Source: a virus
Lineage: Duplodnaviria; Heunggongvirae; Uroviricota; Caudoviricetes
Reading direction: 5' to 3' (one strand)
Virus record (IMG/VR): IMGVR_UViG_2737471843_000006
Coordinates: 1 to 11,594 of that record
Length of the DNA: 11,594 nucleotides
The notes beneath the pieces were generated by a model. That model ran no database searches and was not told where the DNA came from. It saw only the letters and a program-made list of their open reading frames with translations. The first letter of the stretch is position 1; each line of letters begins with the position of its first letter. The position numbers and the translations under genes are program-made. Positions 1 to 6,994 of this stretch are shown here, piece after piece.

Positions 1-1020
1 CTACTTACTGACCACAAGCGGCAAATCCAGTGTTGGTGTGATTTTGGTTTTACGATCGTAAATCAACACCTGATTTTCTGTTTTATGTCCACTGAAAATT
101 TGTTTGTCGCGGCTGCTGCCTTCGTAATCTGAAATCCCTTTGGCTTTTATGTCATGGAAGTTGCACCCAAACGGAGTGCCGGCTTTTTGCTCGGCTGCAC
201 GTTTAGCCTGATTCCACCAGTTGTTCAGCGTCTTAGCTATGACCTTCCCGCCTTTGGTTGTGTTGATCACATACTCGCATGTACTGGAAGATACATTTCT
301 GGCTAACTGGATCGCCGTGCGTAATCGCGGAGACCATTCTTTGATTTGCTTAGTGCCGGTCTTGTTTTGCTCAATGTAGATCCCCTTATCCATAATATCC
401 TGCCATTTCAGTTCGAGCACATCACCAAGCCTTGCCGCACAAAGATAGGATATCTCCATTGCAATGCGTAACTGTGGAGTTGCTTCCGCATATATCGCAG
501 CATACTGTTCATCGGTGATGTAAACAGTACGGGCCTTAAGCGTGAATTTTCTGACTCCTTTGCATGGATTATTTTTCACATATCCACGTTCATATCCCCA
601 TCCGTATACACGGCTCAGGCTTGCCAGTTCATGGTTTGCCTGGGTCTTGCTCTCAAGTCCTCGCTTATCCATGAAAATTCTTACCTGTTCTATTTTTACA
701 TTATCAGCAAGCACTTTTCCGAATACTGCCAGTAATGCCCTTTGATGTTGCCGATAATCTTTTTGAGTTCGTGGTGCCAGTTCTGTAAATGCAGGGGAGT
801 CCATAAACATGTGCCATAATTTAGCGACAGTCATTATGTTGTGAAGTTTTGCTTTTTCCAGTTCATAATTTTGCCAGACTTTAGCCACGCTGGTTTCCCG
901 CACTTTTCCGAGCCCTATAGTTCTTGTGCTTCCTTCGGGTTTCCATACATAACTGTAACCATTCGATCTAACACGTGGCGGCAGTGCGTTATCTTTTTTG
1001 TTTTTTCTTGGTCTTCCCAT
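1..1020 (-). CDS. int: Phage integrase, lambda-family tyrosine recombinase (339 aa)
   Basis: Complete ORF with stop at 1-3 (window edge). N-terminus MGRPRK...LPP..R.NGY...GLG parallels the lambda Int arm-binding domain. C-terminal catalytic region has R (AARLGDV), K (EQNKTG), H (FHDIK), H (SGHK) and Y (IYDRK). Start overlaps xis by 32 nt, as in lambda. Confidence 0.9.
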   Translation of the reverse strand: MGRPRKNKKDNALPPRVRSNGYSYVWKPEGSTRTIGLGKVRETSVAKVWQNYELEKAKLHNIMTVAKLWHMFMDSPAFTELAPRTQKDYRQHQRALLAVFGKVLADNVKIEQVRIFMDKRGLESKTQANHELASLSRVYGWGYERGYVKNNPCKGVRKFTLKARTVYITDEQYAAIYAEATPQLRIAMEISYLCAARLGDVLELKWQDIMDKGIYIEQNKTGTKQIKEWSPRLRTAIQLARNVSSSTCEYVINTTKGGKVIAKTLNNWWNQAKRAAEQKAGTPFGCNFHDIKAKGISDYEGSSRDKQIFSGHKTENQVLIYDRKTKITPTLDLPLVVSK

Positions 1021-1240
1021 TGTTCAGCGCCTCAAAATCGGGTTCAGCAGAAACCAGTTCAGATACTTTCGACATCGCTTTCAGCCCGTGCGGAACATCC
1101 TGGCGAAGAACTATTGGTTCGTTTTTAGGTCCGACTACAAACGGGATGCCGTGCAGCCTTAGCTGGTGTTGCTGTCTTGTGTATCGCGTGTATCTTGTGA
1201 TCTCTTCAATCTCTGCTGGCGATAGAGTTAATTCGTACAT
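989..1240 (-). CDS. xis: Excisionase, lambda Xis-like (83 aa)
   Basis: Small ORF directly upstream of int and overlapping it. N-terminal MYELTL and C-terminal basic tail NNGKTKKKQKR resemble lambda Xis (MYLTL...NGKKAKS). Weak SD (AAGG) about 11 nt upstream of the ATG. Confidence 0.6.
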   Translation of the reverse strand: MYELTLSPAEIEEITRYTRYTRQQHQLRLHGIPFVVGPKNEPIVLRQDVPHGLKAMSKVSELVSAEPDFEALNNGKTKKKQKR

Positions 1241-1306
1241 GTGGTCACGTGCCTTACAGCATGACCGCCGCCAATATAATTCGGAGACGGCGATCAGGGT
1301 TGAACA

Positions 1307-3748
1307 TTAAAAATCAACCGGATTCGGGATCAGTTTTTGCCAGATAGCTGAAACGTATTTTGCCTGGTAACGAGCGTCATCAAGTGCATTATGGCGCTCA
1401 CCTTCGAATGGAATAGCCGTTCTGGCATCGAAGTCTATGGCTTTCCCCAGCTCAACGATTGTGCGTACATCGCGATCGTTGTAGTAACGCCACGGGCAGG
1501 GGATCCCCTGCCGTTCGTATGAACGGCGCAAAATCGTGTTGTCGAAGTTGGCTCCATTTCCCCAGACCTGAACAAAAAATTCACCGGAGTTTTCGTCGAT
1601 AAATTCCCGCAATTGTAACAGTGCATCATCTAACGGGATTTCATCGGTCATAATGGCAGATTGCGCTTCGCGTGATTGCTTAAGCCACCATTTAATGGTG
1701 TCCCGATCAATGACTCCGCCAGCAGTTTCCAGATCGATAGTCTTACTAAATTCCGGTCCCATATCTCCGGTTTGCGGATCGAAAAATATTGCACCTATTG
1801 AGATGATCGGGGCATCAGGATTTTTTCCCATGGTTTCAAGGTCGATCATTAGATGGTCACACGTCCTGCTGGTGGATGTGATTTCGTGATGACCGTTCAC
1901 CTTAATTGAGTGATCTGCCGTCTCGCCAGTTTTATTATCGCTGGCGTGATGCTGATTGCCGCCAGGGTTCTCCTTGTGTGGATGTTCAGCGCCTTCCATT
2001 TCCTCCGGATCATTTTCCTGAACTTCAACCTGATTCTCTTCATCGAATGTTTCCTGGTATGTTGCGTCGCCCATCACCGCGCCACAATCAGGGCAGTTGC
2101 CGCCACCGCTCTGACCGCAGGCGGTGCAGACTTTTTCCGGTTCCTGTTGCGCTACTGGTTCGGATTGTTTCGTTTCTGGCTCGTTTTGTAACGCATTTGG
2201 GCTGTTTTGTTCCGCTTTTTGGTCGTTCCGTTCCGATTCATGCTGGTTCTGGTTCACAGAATCGCGAGTCTGGATCCCCTTGACCCATTTCGGATCATTA
2301 GGGTCGCTAATCCCCTCAACAAATTCACCACGCGATACAGCAAGTAACTTATCGGCGTCAGGCTGGCTGATATTGGCTGCCTGCATAATTTTGTTTACTT
2401 CGTCAGCGGTGACTTTTACTTGGTTAGCGGAACTCACCTGCGACTGAGCATCCAGCGACTGCGCGTTCTGGCCATGTTCAGTTGTATCCGGTTCCATTGT
2501 TTCAGTTGTTGCCTGTTCACCTGCCATTGCGTCAGATGGTTGTGGTTTTTCTTCTTCTGTTTCACGCTCAGTAACCACCTCGCGGTTAATTTCTTCCAGG
2601 ATATCTTTTTCCGGCGTATGCCGGGCAGCTGTGAGAGTTTCCTTGCTGGGGTTCTCGTGATCAGTTTCCGTCAAATAGGCGTTGATATACCCCTGAAGGC
2701 GTCCCGGGTAGTGATAAAATTCAGGGTGTGCGCTTCGGATAAGTGCAAAAATAGCGGCGCGGGAATAGTCCAGAATACCCGGGGTTGCACGAAGTGCTGC
2801 GGACCATTCTTTGAACGGACTTTCTTTGTTCAGGACTACTTCTTTTGCGCGACGATAAACGCTGCCCGGAATTTCATAAATATTAAAATCCATCGGAAGT
2901 GTGGCTGCTGCAATCTCCACATCCAGTGTGTCGAGGGTGTGTACTAAATTCGGATTGCGATCGGTTTTGTTCCCACCGCCAGCATTAGCACCGGAAGCCG
3001 TGCGGGTGATGCGTGAAACACGATTTCCTTTCATCCACTCTTTTGTCAGCAGACCCCGATCAGTGTAGTCAGCGTCCAGGTATGCTTCGAAAAAAGCAGT
3101 TATTAGTCCCAGGTCTGAATTACCAGGATTAGGGAAAACTTTGTCAGTGTCACGAACCAGTTTGTGGAGGTCGCGAATCTCCAGCGAGTCGAGCAGACTG
3201 GTTTTATGCGAAATAGCCAGGGCAGTAACAGCCGGTAGTTCTTCAGCCCGTGCAATGTGTAATGCCTGGAGTTCGTCGCGTGAAACGTGCGTTACTGGTT
3301 TTTCGCTGCCGTGTTGAGCAAGCCAACGAATGGGCAGTTCCTGACCGGAGACAGGCAGAAGCATGCTCTCCTCAATCTCAGTCATGTCTTCGCCGTTGAT
3401 GTTGGTATTGTCAGTGCTGGCTGGTTTGTCCTGAACAGAGGGGGAAGGGCCGATAAATGTCATTGTGATGCCATCTTTCCCGCCTTTTTCATAGCGGTTG
3501 CAGAATTCAGTATCAAACACGCCTTCTGGCGGAAGGTCGTCAACAACGGGCAAATTGACGCGGACGGGTTTTTTAAAGTCGTCTTCATCATAATCGTTGT
3601 CATCCATTGCGGTAATGCAGCGGGAGATTGCAACAGATAATTTTTTTGCTGTAGTCCAGTAAAAACCACCTTTAATTCCCAGGCGTTTTCTTACTTTGTC
3701 ATTTTTTGCTTCGCAATATAGTGCAAATTCTTCTTTATCAGTGCTCAT
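1307..3748 (-). CDS. Large prophage nuclease (813 aa): unknown N-terminal domain, acidic/Q-rich linker with CxxC-x8-CxxC zinc ribbon, C-terminal DEDDh (DnaQ-like) 3'-5' exonuclease domain
   Basis: Long ORF with GAGG SD 10 nt upstream of the ATG at 3748. C-terminal motifs match Exo I ([10 protein letters not shown]), Exo II ([12 protein letters not shown]) and Exo III ([12 protein letters not shown]). Central region is low-complexity E/Q/D-rich and contains [16 protein letters not shown]. Proteins in this position are often annotated exodeoxyribonuclease VIII-like. Confidence 0.8.
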   Translation of the reverse strand: MSTDKEEFALYCEAKNDKVRKRLGIKGGFYWTTAKKLSVAISRCITAMDDNDYDEDDFKKPVRVNLPVVDDLPPEGVFDTEFCNRYEKGGKDGITMTFIGPSPSVQDKPASTDNTNINGEDMTEIEESMLLPVSGQELPIRWLAQHGSEKPVTHVSRDELQALHIARAEELPAVTALAISHKTSLLDSLEIRDLHKLVRDTDKVFPNPGNSDLGLITAFFEAYLDADYTDRGLLTKEWMKGNRVSRITRTASGANAGGGNKTDRNPNLVHTLDTLDVEIAAATLPMDFNIYEIPGSVYRRAKEVVLNKESPFKEWSAALRATPGILDYSRAAIFALIRSAHPEFYHYPGRLQGYINAYLTETDHENPSKETLTAARHTPEKDILEEINREVVTERETEEEKPQPSDAMAGEQATTETMEPDTTEHGQNAQSLDAQSQVSSANQVKVTADEVNKIMQAANISQPDADKLLAVSRGEFVEGISDPNDPKWVKGIQTRDSVNQNQHESERNDQKAEQNSPNALQNEPETKQSEPVAQQEPEKVCTACGQSGGGNCPDCGAVMGDATYQETFDEENQVEVQENDPEEMEGAEHPHKENPGGNQHHASDNKTGETADHSIKVNGHHEITSTSRTCDHLMIDLETMGKNPDAPIISIGAIFFDPQTGDMGPEFSKTIDLETAGGVIDRDTIKWWLKQSREAQSAIMTDEIPLDDALLQLREFIDENSGEFFVQVWGNGANFDNTILRRSYERQGIPCPWRYYNDRDVRTIVELGKAIDFDARTAIPFEGERHNALDDARYQAKYVSAIWQKLIPNPVDF

Positions 3749-3841
3749 TATTGGTAAACCTCATCACAGATTTAAGGGTGAACAAATCTCTGCCATTGCT
3801 GACATATAAGAATGAAACTGGATATTTATTACGGTGCTGTT

Positions 3842-4033
3842 TTAAAATCCTGCCGGGATTTCGTTATTATCCTGGTGAATAACTTTATCGACCGGATAAC
3901 AGTTGCCTGGAATTTTCTGTTCGGTTGCTGCTGCCATACATTCCTGCATTGTTCTGTGAACACTGACTGCAATATCAACTGGCTCTCCGGAAACAAGAAA
4001 AACCGTCAGAATAAGTGCAAATACTGGATTCAT
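3842..4033 (-). CDS. Small exported or membrane protein (63 aa from ATG at 4033)
   Basis: ATG at 4033 preceded by AAGGA SD. Hydrophobic N-terminus MNPVFALILTVFLVSG looks like a signal peptide or TM helix with no lipobox Cys. Start overlaps the stop of the upstream gene (ATGA, 4030-4033). The track ORF begins at an earlier in-frame ATG (4087) with no SD. Confidence 0.45.
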   Translation of the reverse strand: MNPVFALILTVFLVSGEPVDIAVSVHRTMQECMAAATEQKIPGNCYPVDKVIHQDNNEIPAGF

Positions 4034-4218
4034 TGTGCACATCCTTTTGGCATCAGACGTAAACGGGCCAGCATTGAAACAATGCATACTTTATTTAATA
4101 ACTCCCGTTCGTGTTTTCTCTTGTTAATGGCATCTTCAGTAAATATAGGGTTACTGATAGTGACACCAATTTCAAAACAACCTTCAGACGTATTAACGTT
4201 TGGTAATAACGTTTTCAT
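4030..4218 (-). CDS. Hypothetical small protein (62 aa)
   Basis: ATG at 4218 with GAGGG SD 8 nt upstream. Sequence MKTLLPNVNTSEGCFEIGV...LMPKGCAQ. Translationally coupled to the downstream small exported protein. The track ORF extends to a GTG at 4323 with no SD. Confidence 0.45.
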   Translation of the reverse strand: MKTLLPNVNTSEGCFEIGVTISNPIFTEDAINKRKHERELLNKVCIVSMLARLRLMPKGCAQ

Positions 4219-4439
4219 TATCGCGCCCTCAACAATGAGTTTTGTGATGCGGTGCCTGGTGCCTCCAGGTGACGTTAACCAGTTAACAATTAACGCCGGA
4301 TACAGAGAATCCACCCATAACACTGTTTTTGGTTTTAACTGTTCCGCGTGCGCTCAGCCGCATTCACCACATCACAAAATTCACTTTAAAAAGGGCGGCA
4401 GAGCAGTCACGGAGTAAAACTGATACCGCCAAACGTCAC

Positions 4440-4786
4440 CAGAAAATTGATAACAGAGGGCGTTGCAGCGGGGTTGTCACTTAAGCGTATGGTCAACCTG
4501 ACAACCCGGTGTCCTCAACGGGGGAAGGAATAACCCCGCCATACTTACCGCCTCGCCATTTCGCGGATTGCCACAACCGGAAGCGCACGGTCGACGAAAA
4601 TTTAACGACAGGCTATCTATGAACCAGCTACCTCGCCGTGCGCTTTCGCGTTATGGTCTGACTTTTCAGGGAAATATCCTTTCAGTAAACTGTCAGTGCC
4701 GGATGCTCACCCGTGTCCGGCGCACGCACTCCACCTCACCCGTGGAGAACTCCTTAATTACCAACCTTAGCTTCGTTGGTTAGCTA
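4440..4786. other. Structured GC-rich non-coding region inside the early-left operon (candidate ncRNA, terminator or processing region)
   Basis: No ORF of 60 aa or more with an SD on either strand between 4219 and 4786. Perfect 9-bp inverted repeat GGGTTGTCA (4471-4479) / TGACAACCC (4499-4507). GC hairpins at 4519-4538, 4696-4723 and 4760-4780. Confidence 0.3.
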
Positions 4787-5005
4787 TTAACGCGGGTATG
4801 TAATCATTCTGGCAATGCTTAATGCCGCTGCTTTTTCCAGCCTGGTGATATCCTGTTCCAGAGCGGACAGATTTTCAGCCTGCTTAGCCCTGGCTTCATT
4901 GGCCCATTTCAGATCCTGCGCTGCATTAATTTTCTGGCGCATCCACTCATAAAGTTCATCATCGGTATAGTCTGGTGCGATGATGACGGGTTCTCGTTTC
5001 TGCAT
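4787..5005 (-). CDS. Hypothetical small protein (72 aa)
   Basis: ATG at 5005 with GAGGAA SD 7 nt upstream, stop TAA at 4787-4789. Part of the leftward chain of small genes downstream of the pL-like promoter. Confidence 0.5.
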   Translation of the reverse strand: MQKREPVIIAPDYTDDELYEWMRQKINAAQDLKWANEARAKQAENLSALEQDITRLEKAAALSIARMITYPR

Positions 5006-5034
5006 ACTGATTCCTCGCGGTGCTGTTTCGCTTA

Positions 5035-5163
5035 TCAGCCGTTAGATTTTGCCGAGCTGGAAAGCGCCTGTTTAAATTCGTTGAAGCTGAGAGCTTCTTC
5101 GCCGTCGGCAAGACCTTCGAAGTATTCTTCATAAGCCTTTTCCATGATTGTGTCGAAATCCAT
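5035..5163 (-). CDS. Hypothetical acidic mini-protein (42 aa; not in the ORF track)
   Basis: ATG at 5161-5163 preceded by AGGTGA SD, one nucleotide after the stop of the upstream gene (TGA 5165-5167). Translation MDFDTIMEKAYEEYFEGLADGEEALSFNEFKQALSSSAKSNG, stop TGA at 5035-5037. Confidence 0.35.
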   Translation of the reverse strand: MDFDTIMEKAYEEYFEGLADGEEALSFNEFKQALSSSAKSNG

Positions 5164-5164
5164 A

Positions 5165-5401
5165 TCACTCACCTGAGTTTCTTTCCAGCCAGCGACGGGC
5201 ACCATTTTCGGTTTTAAACGTTTTGCTTTTGGTATACGTCATCGCGGTGAACGTACCGTCCTGGTTGGGGAACACGCCACATACCAGAGATTCGCTGTTG
5301 CCAAGATCGATAGTATCCATGCTGACCTCATTTCCCCTTAACGCCGGGGTAGCGGAACAAAAACCTGCTGCATAGTTATTAAAGTTGAACCCTGCCGTCA
5401 T
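5165..5401 (-). CDS. Hypothetical small protein (78 aa from ATG 5401; alternative start at 5320 gives 51 aa)
   Basis: First gene downstream of the pL-like promoter. ATG 5401 has GAGG about 9 nt upstream; the internal ATG 5320 (MDTIDLG...) has a better-placed GAGG 6 nt upstream. Stop is tightly coupled to the next ORF. Confidence 0.4.
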   Translation of the reverse strand: MTAGFNFNNYAAGFCSATPALRGNEVSMDTIDLGNSESLVCGVFPNQDGTFTAMTYTKSKTFKTENGARRWLERNSGE

Positions 5402-5501
5402 GTTCTTACGCCTCGGGCTGGCTACTTAACCCCTGACCACTGCCTGGTAACTCGAGGTATTGCCCTGTATTGTGTGGGACGGGATGGGTTGGTATGGGAA
5501 A

Positions 5502-5546
5502 ACTATAGGAAATGCCTAATTACTTGTCAATAGGCTATGCCTAATA
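5502..5546 (-). promoter_or_regulatory. Left operator/promoter (OL/pL-like): -35 TTGACA (minus; plus 5524-5529), 16-bp spacer, -10 TATAGT (plus 5502-5507), overlapping operator palindromes
   Basis: Operator AATAGGCTATGCCTAAT at 5529-5545 and weaker site at 5504-5520, centres about 25 bp apart. 5524-5545 is the exact reverse complement of 6168-6189 on the other side of the repressor gene. Confidence 0.5.
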
Positions 5547-5638
5547 ATTTGGGCGCAACCTAATAGGTGATGGTTTGTGGGAGAGGTAGTAGGAGTTAAC
5601 TAACGGGAACTAGGAATTTCCCGTCGGACCATATAAGT

Positions 5639-6115
5639 TTAAGTTCCTGTCTTGGTGATGTTCTGGCTTTTCCGTTTTGATTCTTGATTTTTCAGATAGT
5701 TAGCTACCTTCATTTCCATTGCGGCAATGTAGGCGCGAACGTCATGATCAACCCAACTAGGCTCCGTAGCATTTCCAGATAAGATGAAAGCCACAATTGC
5801 TCTTTTTTCATCAGAGGCGGCTTGATAAAGGCTGTTTATGTCTAAAAGTTCACTTTTTGTATCTGAAGTGGATGGGGTTGGTATGGGGTATTCGTTAAGC
5901 CCCCAATGCTCTGGACCAACCACATCAGAAAAGAAACGCCATAGTTCTGGAAGTTTGTCTTTACTTATCGAACCTTTCTTAATCCAGTCATGGATTGATG
6001 GTGGTTGGACTTTGAAATGACGTGCGATTTCCGCCTTTGATTTGACGGCTCCTGATGCAATTTTTTTGTTAATGGCCTGCTCTATCGCTCGGCCTAAGTC
6101 TTTACCACTAAGCAT
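5639..6115 (-). CDS. racR: Prophage repressor, HTH (XRE/cI-like) DNA-binding protein, RacR-like (158 aa)
   Basis: N-terminal HTH AEIARHFKVQPPSIHDWIKKG. Transcribed divergently from a Cro-like gene, with operator palindromes on both sides. Size and arrangement fit the racR-ydaS-ydaT module of Rac-type prophages; the symbol rests on architecture and memory, not on a search. Confidence 0.8.
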   Translation of the reverse strand: MLSGKDLGRAIEQAINKKIASGAVKSKAEIARHFKVQPPSIHDWIKKGSISKDKLPELWRFFSDVVGPEHWGLNEYPIPTPSTSDTKSELLDINSLYQAASDEKRAIVAFILSGNATEPSWVDHDVRAYIAAMEMKVANYLKNQESKRKSQNITKTGT

Positions 6116-6142
6116 TGCTTAATAGTCTCCTATGCGCATCGC

Positions 6143-6212
6143 GTTAGGCAATCCCTACTCTCGATGTATTAGGCATAGCCTATTGACAATTTAATTAGGC
6201 TAAGCCTAATAT
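6143..6212 (+). promoter_or_regulatory. Right operator/promoter (OR/pR-like): three operator sites and -35 TTGACA (6183-6188) / -10 TAATAT (6207-6212)
   Basis: Perfect palindrome ATTAGGC-TAA-GCCTAAT at 6194-6210, near-palindrome ATTAGGCATAGCCTATT at 6168-6184 and a weaker site at 6143-6159, centres 25-26 bp apart. The -35 and -10 overlap the operators. Confidence 0.55.
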
Positions 6213-6239
6213 TGTTGCGTGTTTTTTGGAGTTCATTCG

Positions 6240-6563
6240 ATGAAAAAAGATAACTATTCATTCAAACGAGCTTGTGCTGTTGTCGGTGGGCAATCAGCAA
6301 TGGCTAGGCTTTTAGGTGTATCTCCTCCAAGCGTAAATCAATGGATCAAAGGTGTACGTCAGTTACCTGCTGAGAGATGTCCTGCGATTGAACGAGCAAC
6401 AAAAGGTGGTGTCCTGTGTGAAGAACTTCGTCCTGATGTTGATTGGACATACTTACGACGCTCGTCATGTTATTCGCAGAATATGTCGATGAAGCAACCA
6501 AATGACGAAAACGATCATACCCGAAGCATCAAGAGGCAAATGATTCATGAAAATCAAACATGA
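6240..6563 (+). CDS. ydaS: Cro-like HTH regulator, YdaS-like (107 aa from ATG 6240)
   Basis: GGAG SD 9 nt upstream of ATG 6240. HTH SAMARLLGVSPPSVNQWIKG, with a recognition helix similar to that of the repressor. First gene of the rightward operon from the pR-like promoter. The track ORF starts at 6219 with no SD. Confidence 0.75.
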   Translation: MKKDNYSFKRACAVVGGQSAMARLLGVSPPSVNQWIKGVRQLPAERCPAIERATKGGVLCEELRPDVDWTYLRRSSCYSQNMSMKQPNDENDHTRSIKRQMIHENQT

Positions 6564-6972
6564 GCACATCCGCATGGCGATGAATGCCTGGGCATACCCT
6601 GATGGTGAGAAAGTTCCTGCAGCTGAAATAGCCCGGACTTATTTCGAACTGGGGATGACGTTCCCTGAACTGTACGACGACAGCCATCCGGAAGCCCTGG
6701 CCCGTAATACCCAGAAAATTTTCCGTTGGCTGGATAAAGACACCCCTGATGCTGTTGAAAAAATGCAGGCTCTGTTACCGGCGATCGAAAAGGCGATGCC
6801 GCCTTTGCTGGTGGCCCGTATGCGCAGCCACAGTTCTGAATATTACCGTGAGATCGTCGAACGGAGGGATCGGCTGGTGAAGGATGTCGATGATTTTGTT
6901 GCGTCAGCGGTTGTTTTGTATGACCAGATGAATCGCGGCGGCCCGGCAGGGAATGCTGTGGTGATGCACTAA
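6547..6972 (+). CDS. ydaT: YdaT-like protein (141 aa), proposed CII-like regulator or toxin of Rac-type prophages
   Basis: Start overlaps the ydaS-like gene by 17 nt, with AAGAGG upstream. Size and position match ydaT. Sequence MKIKHEHIRMAMNAWAYPDGEK... Confidence 0.7.
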   Translation: MKIKHEHIRMAMNAWAYPDGEKVPAAEIARTYFELGMTFPELYDDSHPEALARNTQKIFRWLDKDTPDAVEKMQALLPAIEKAMPPLLVARMRSHSSEYYREIVERRDRLVKDVDDFVASAVVLYDQMNRGGPAGNAVVMH

Positions 6973-6994
6973 AAGCACGGTGTTCGGGGGTTTT

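Noticed and set aside
1906-2947. Several plus-strand ORFs (93-175 aa) inside the nuclease gene
   Set aside because: They are antisense to the acidic low-complexity linker of the 813-aa protein. Their translations are Cys/Phe/Leu-rich mirror frames with no start signals.
3812-4417. 201-aa plus-strand ORF spanning the two mini-genes
   Set aside because: It is antisense to two minus-strand genes that have proper SDs and translational coupling. The translation is Cys/Phe-rich and unlike a real protein, and there is no SD. Probably a chance ORF in AT-rich DNA.
4386-4430. GGCGG/CCGCC stem plus U5 run on the leftward transcript, considered as a tL-like terminator
   Set aside because: The stem is only 5-6 bp with a ~27-nt loop, which is atypical for intrinsic terminators. 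It is kept only as a remark within the structured-region finding.
4568-4783. Arg-rich plus-strand ORF considered as an N-like antiterminator
   Set aside because: TTG start (or an ATG at 4619 with weak SD), on the wrong strand for the leftward operon. The Arg-richness is explained by GC-rich non-coding sequence, and no boxA/boxB-like nut site was found nearby.
4959-5168. 69-aa basic minus-strand ORF overlapping the 42-aa and 72-aa genes
   Set aside because: GTG start without SD. It overlaps two frames that each have strong SDs, so it is most likely the off-frame of those genes.
5603-5624. Hairpin ACGGGAA-N8-TTCCCGT just downstream of the repressor stop, considered as an intrinsic terminator
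   Set aside because: No U-tract follows on the minus-strand transcript. It may be a weak structure but is not a convincing terminator.
6980-6994. GTG at 6980 as the initiator start
   Set aside because: No SD precedes it and it begins only 8 nt after the ydaT stop. ATG 6995 is preferred, though this remains uncertain.
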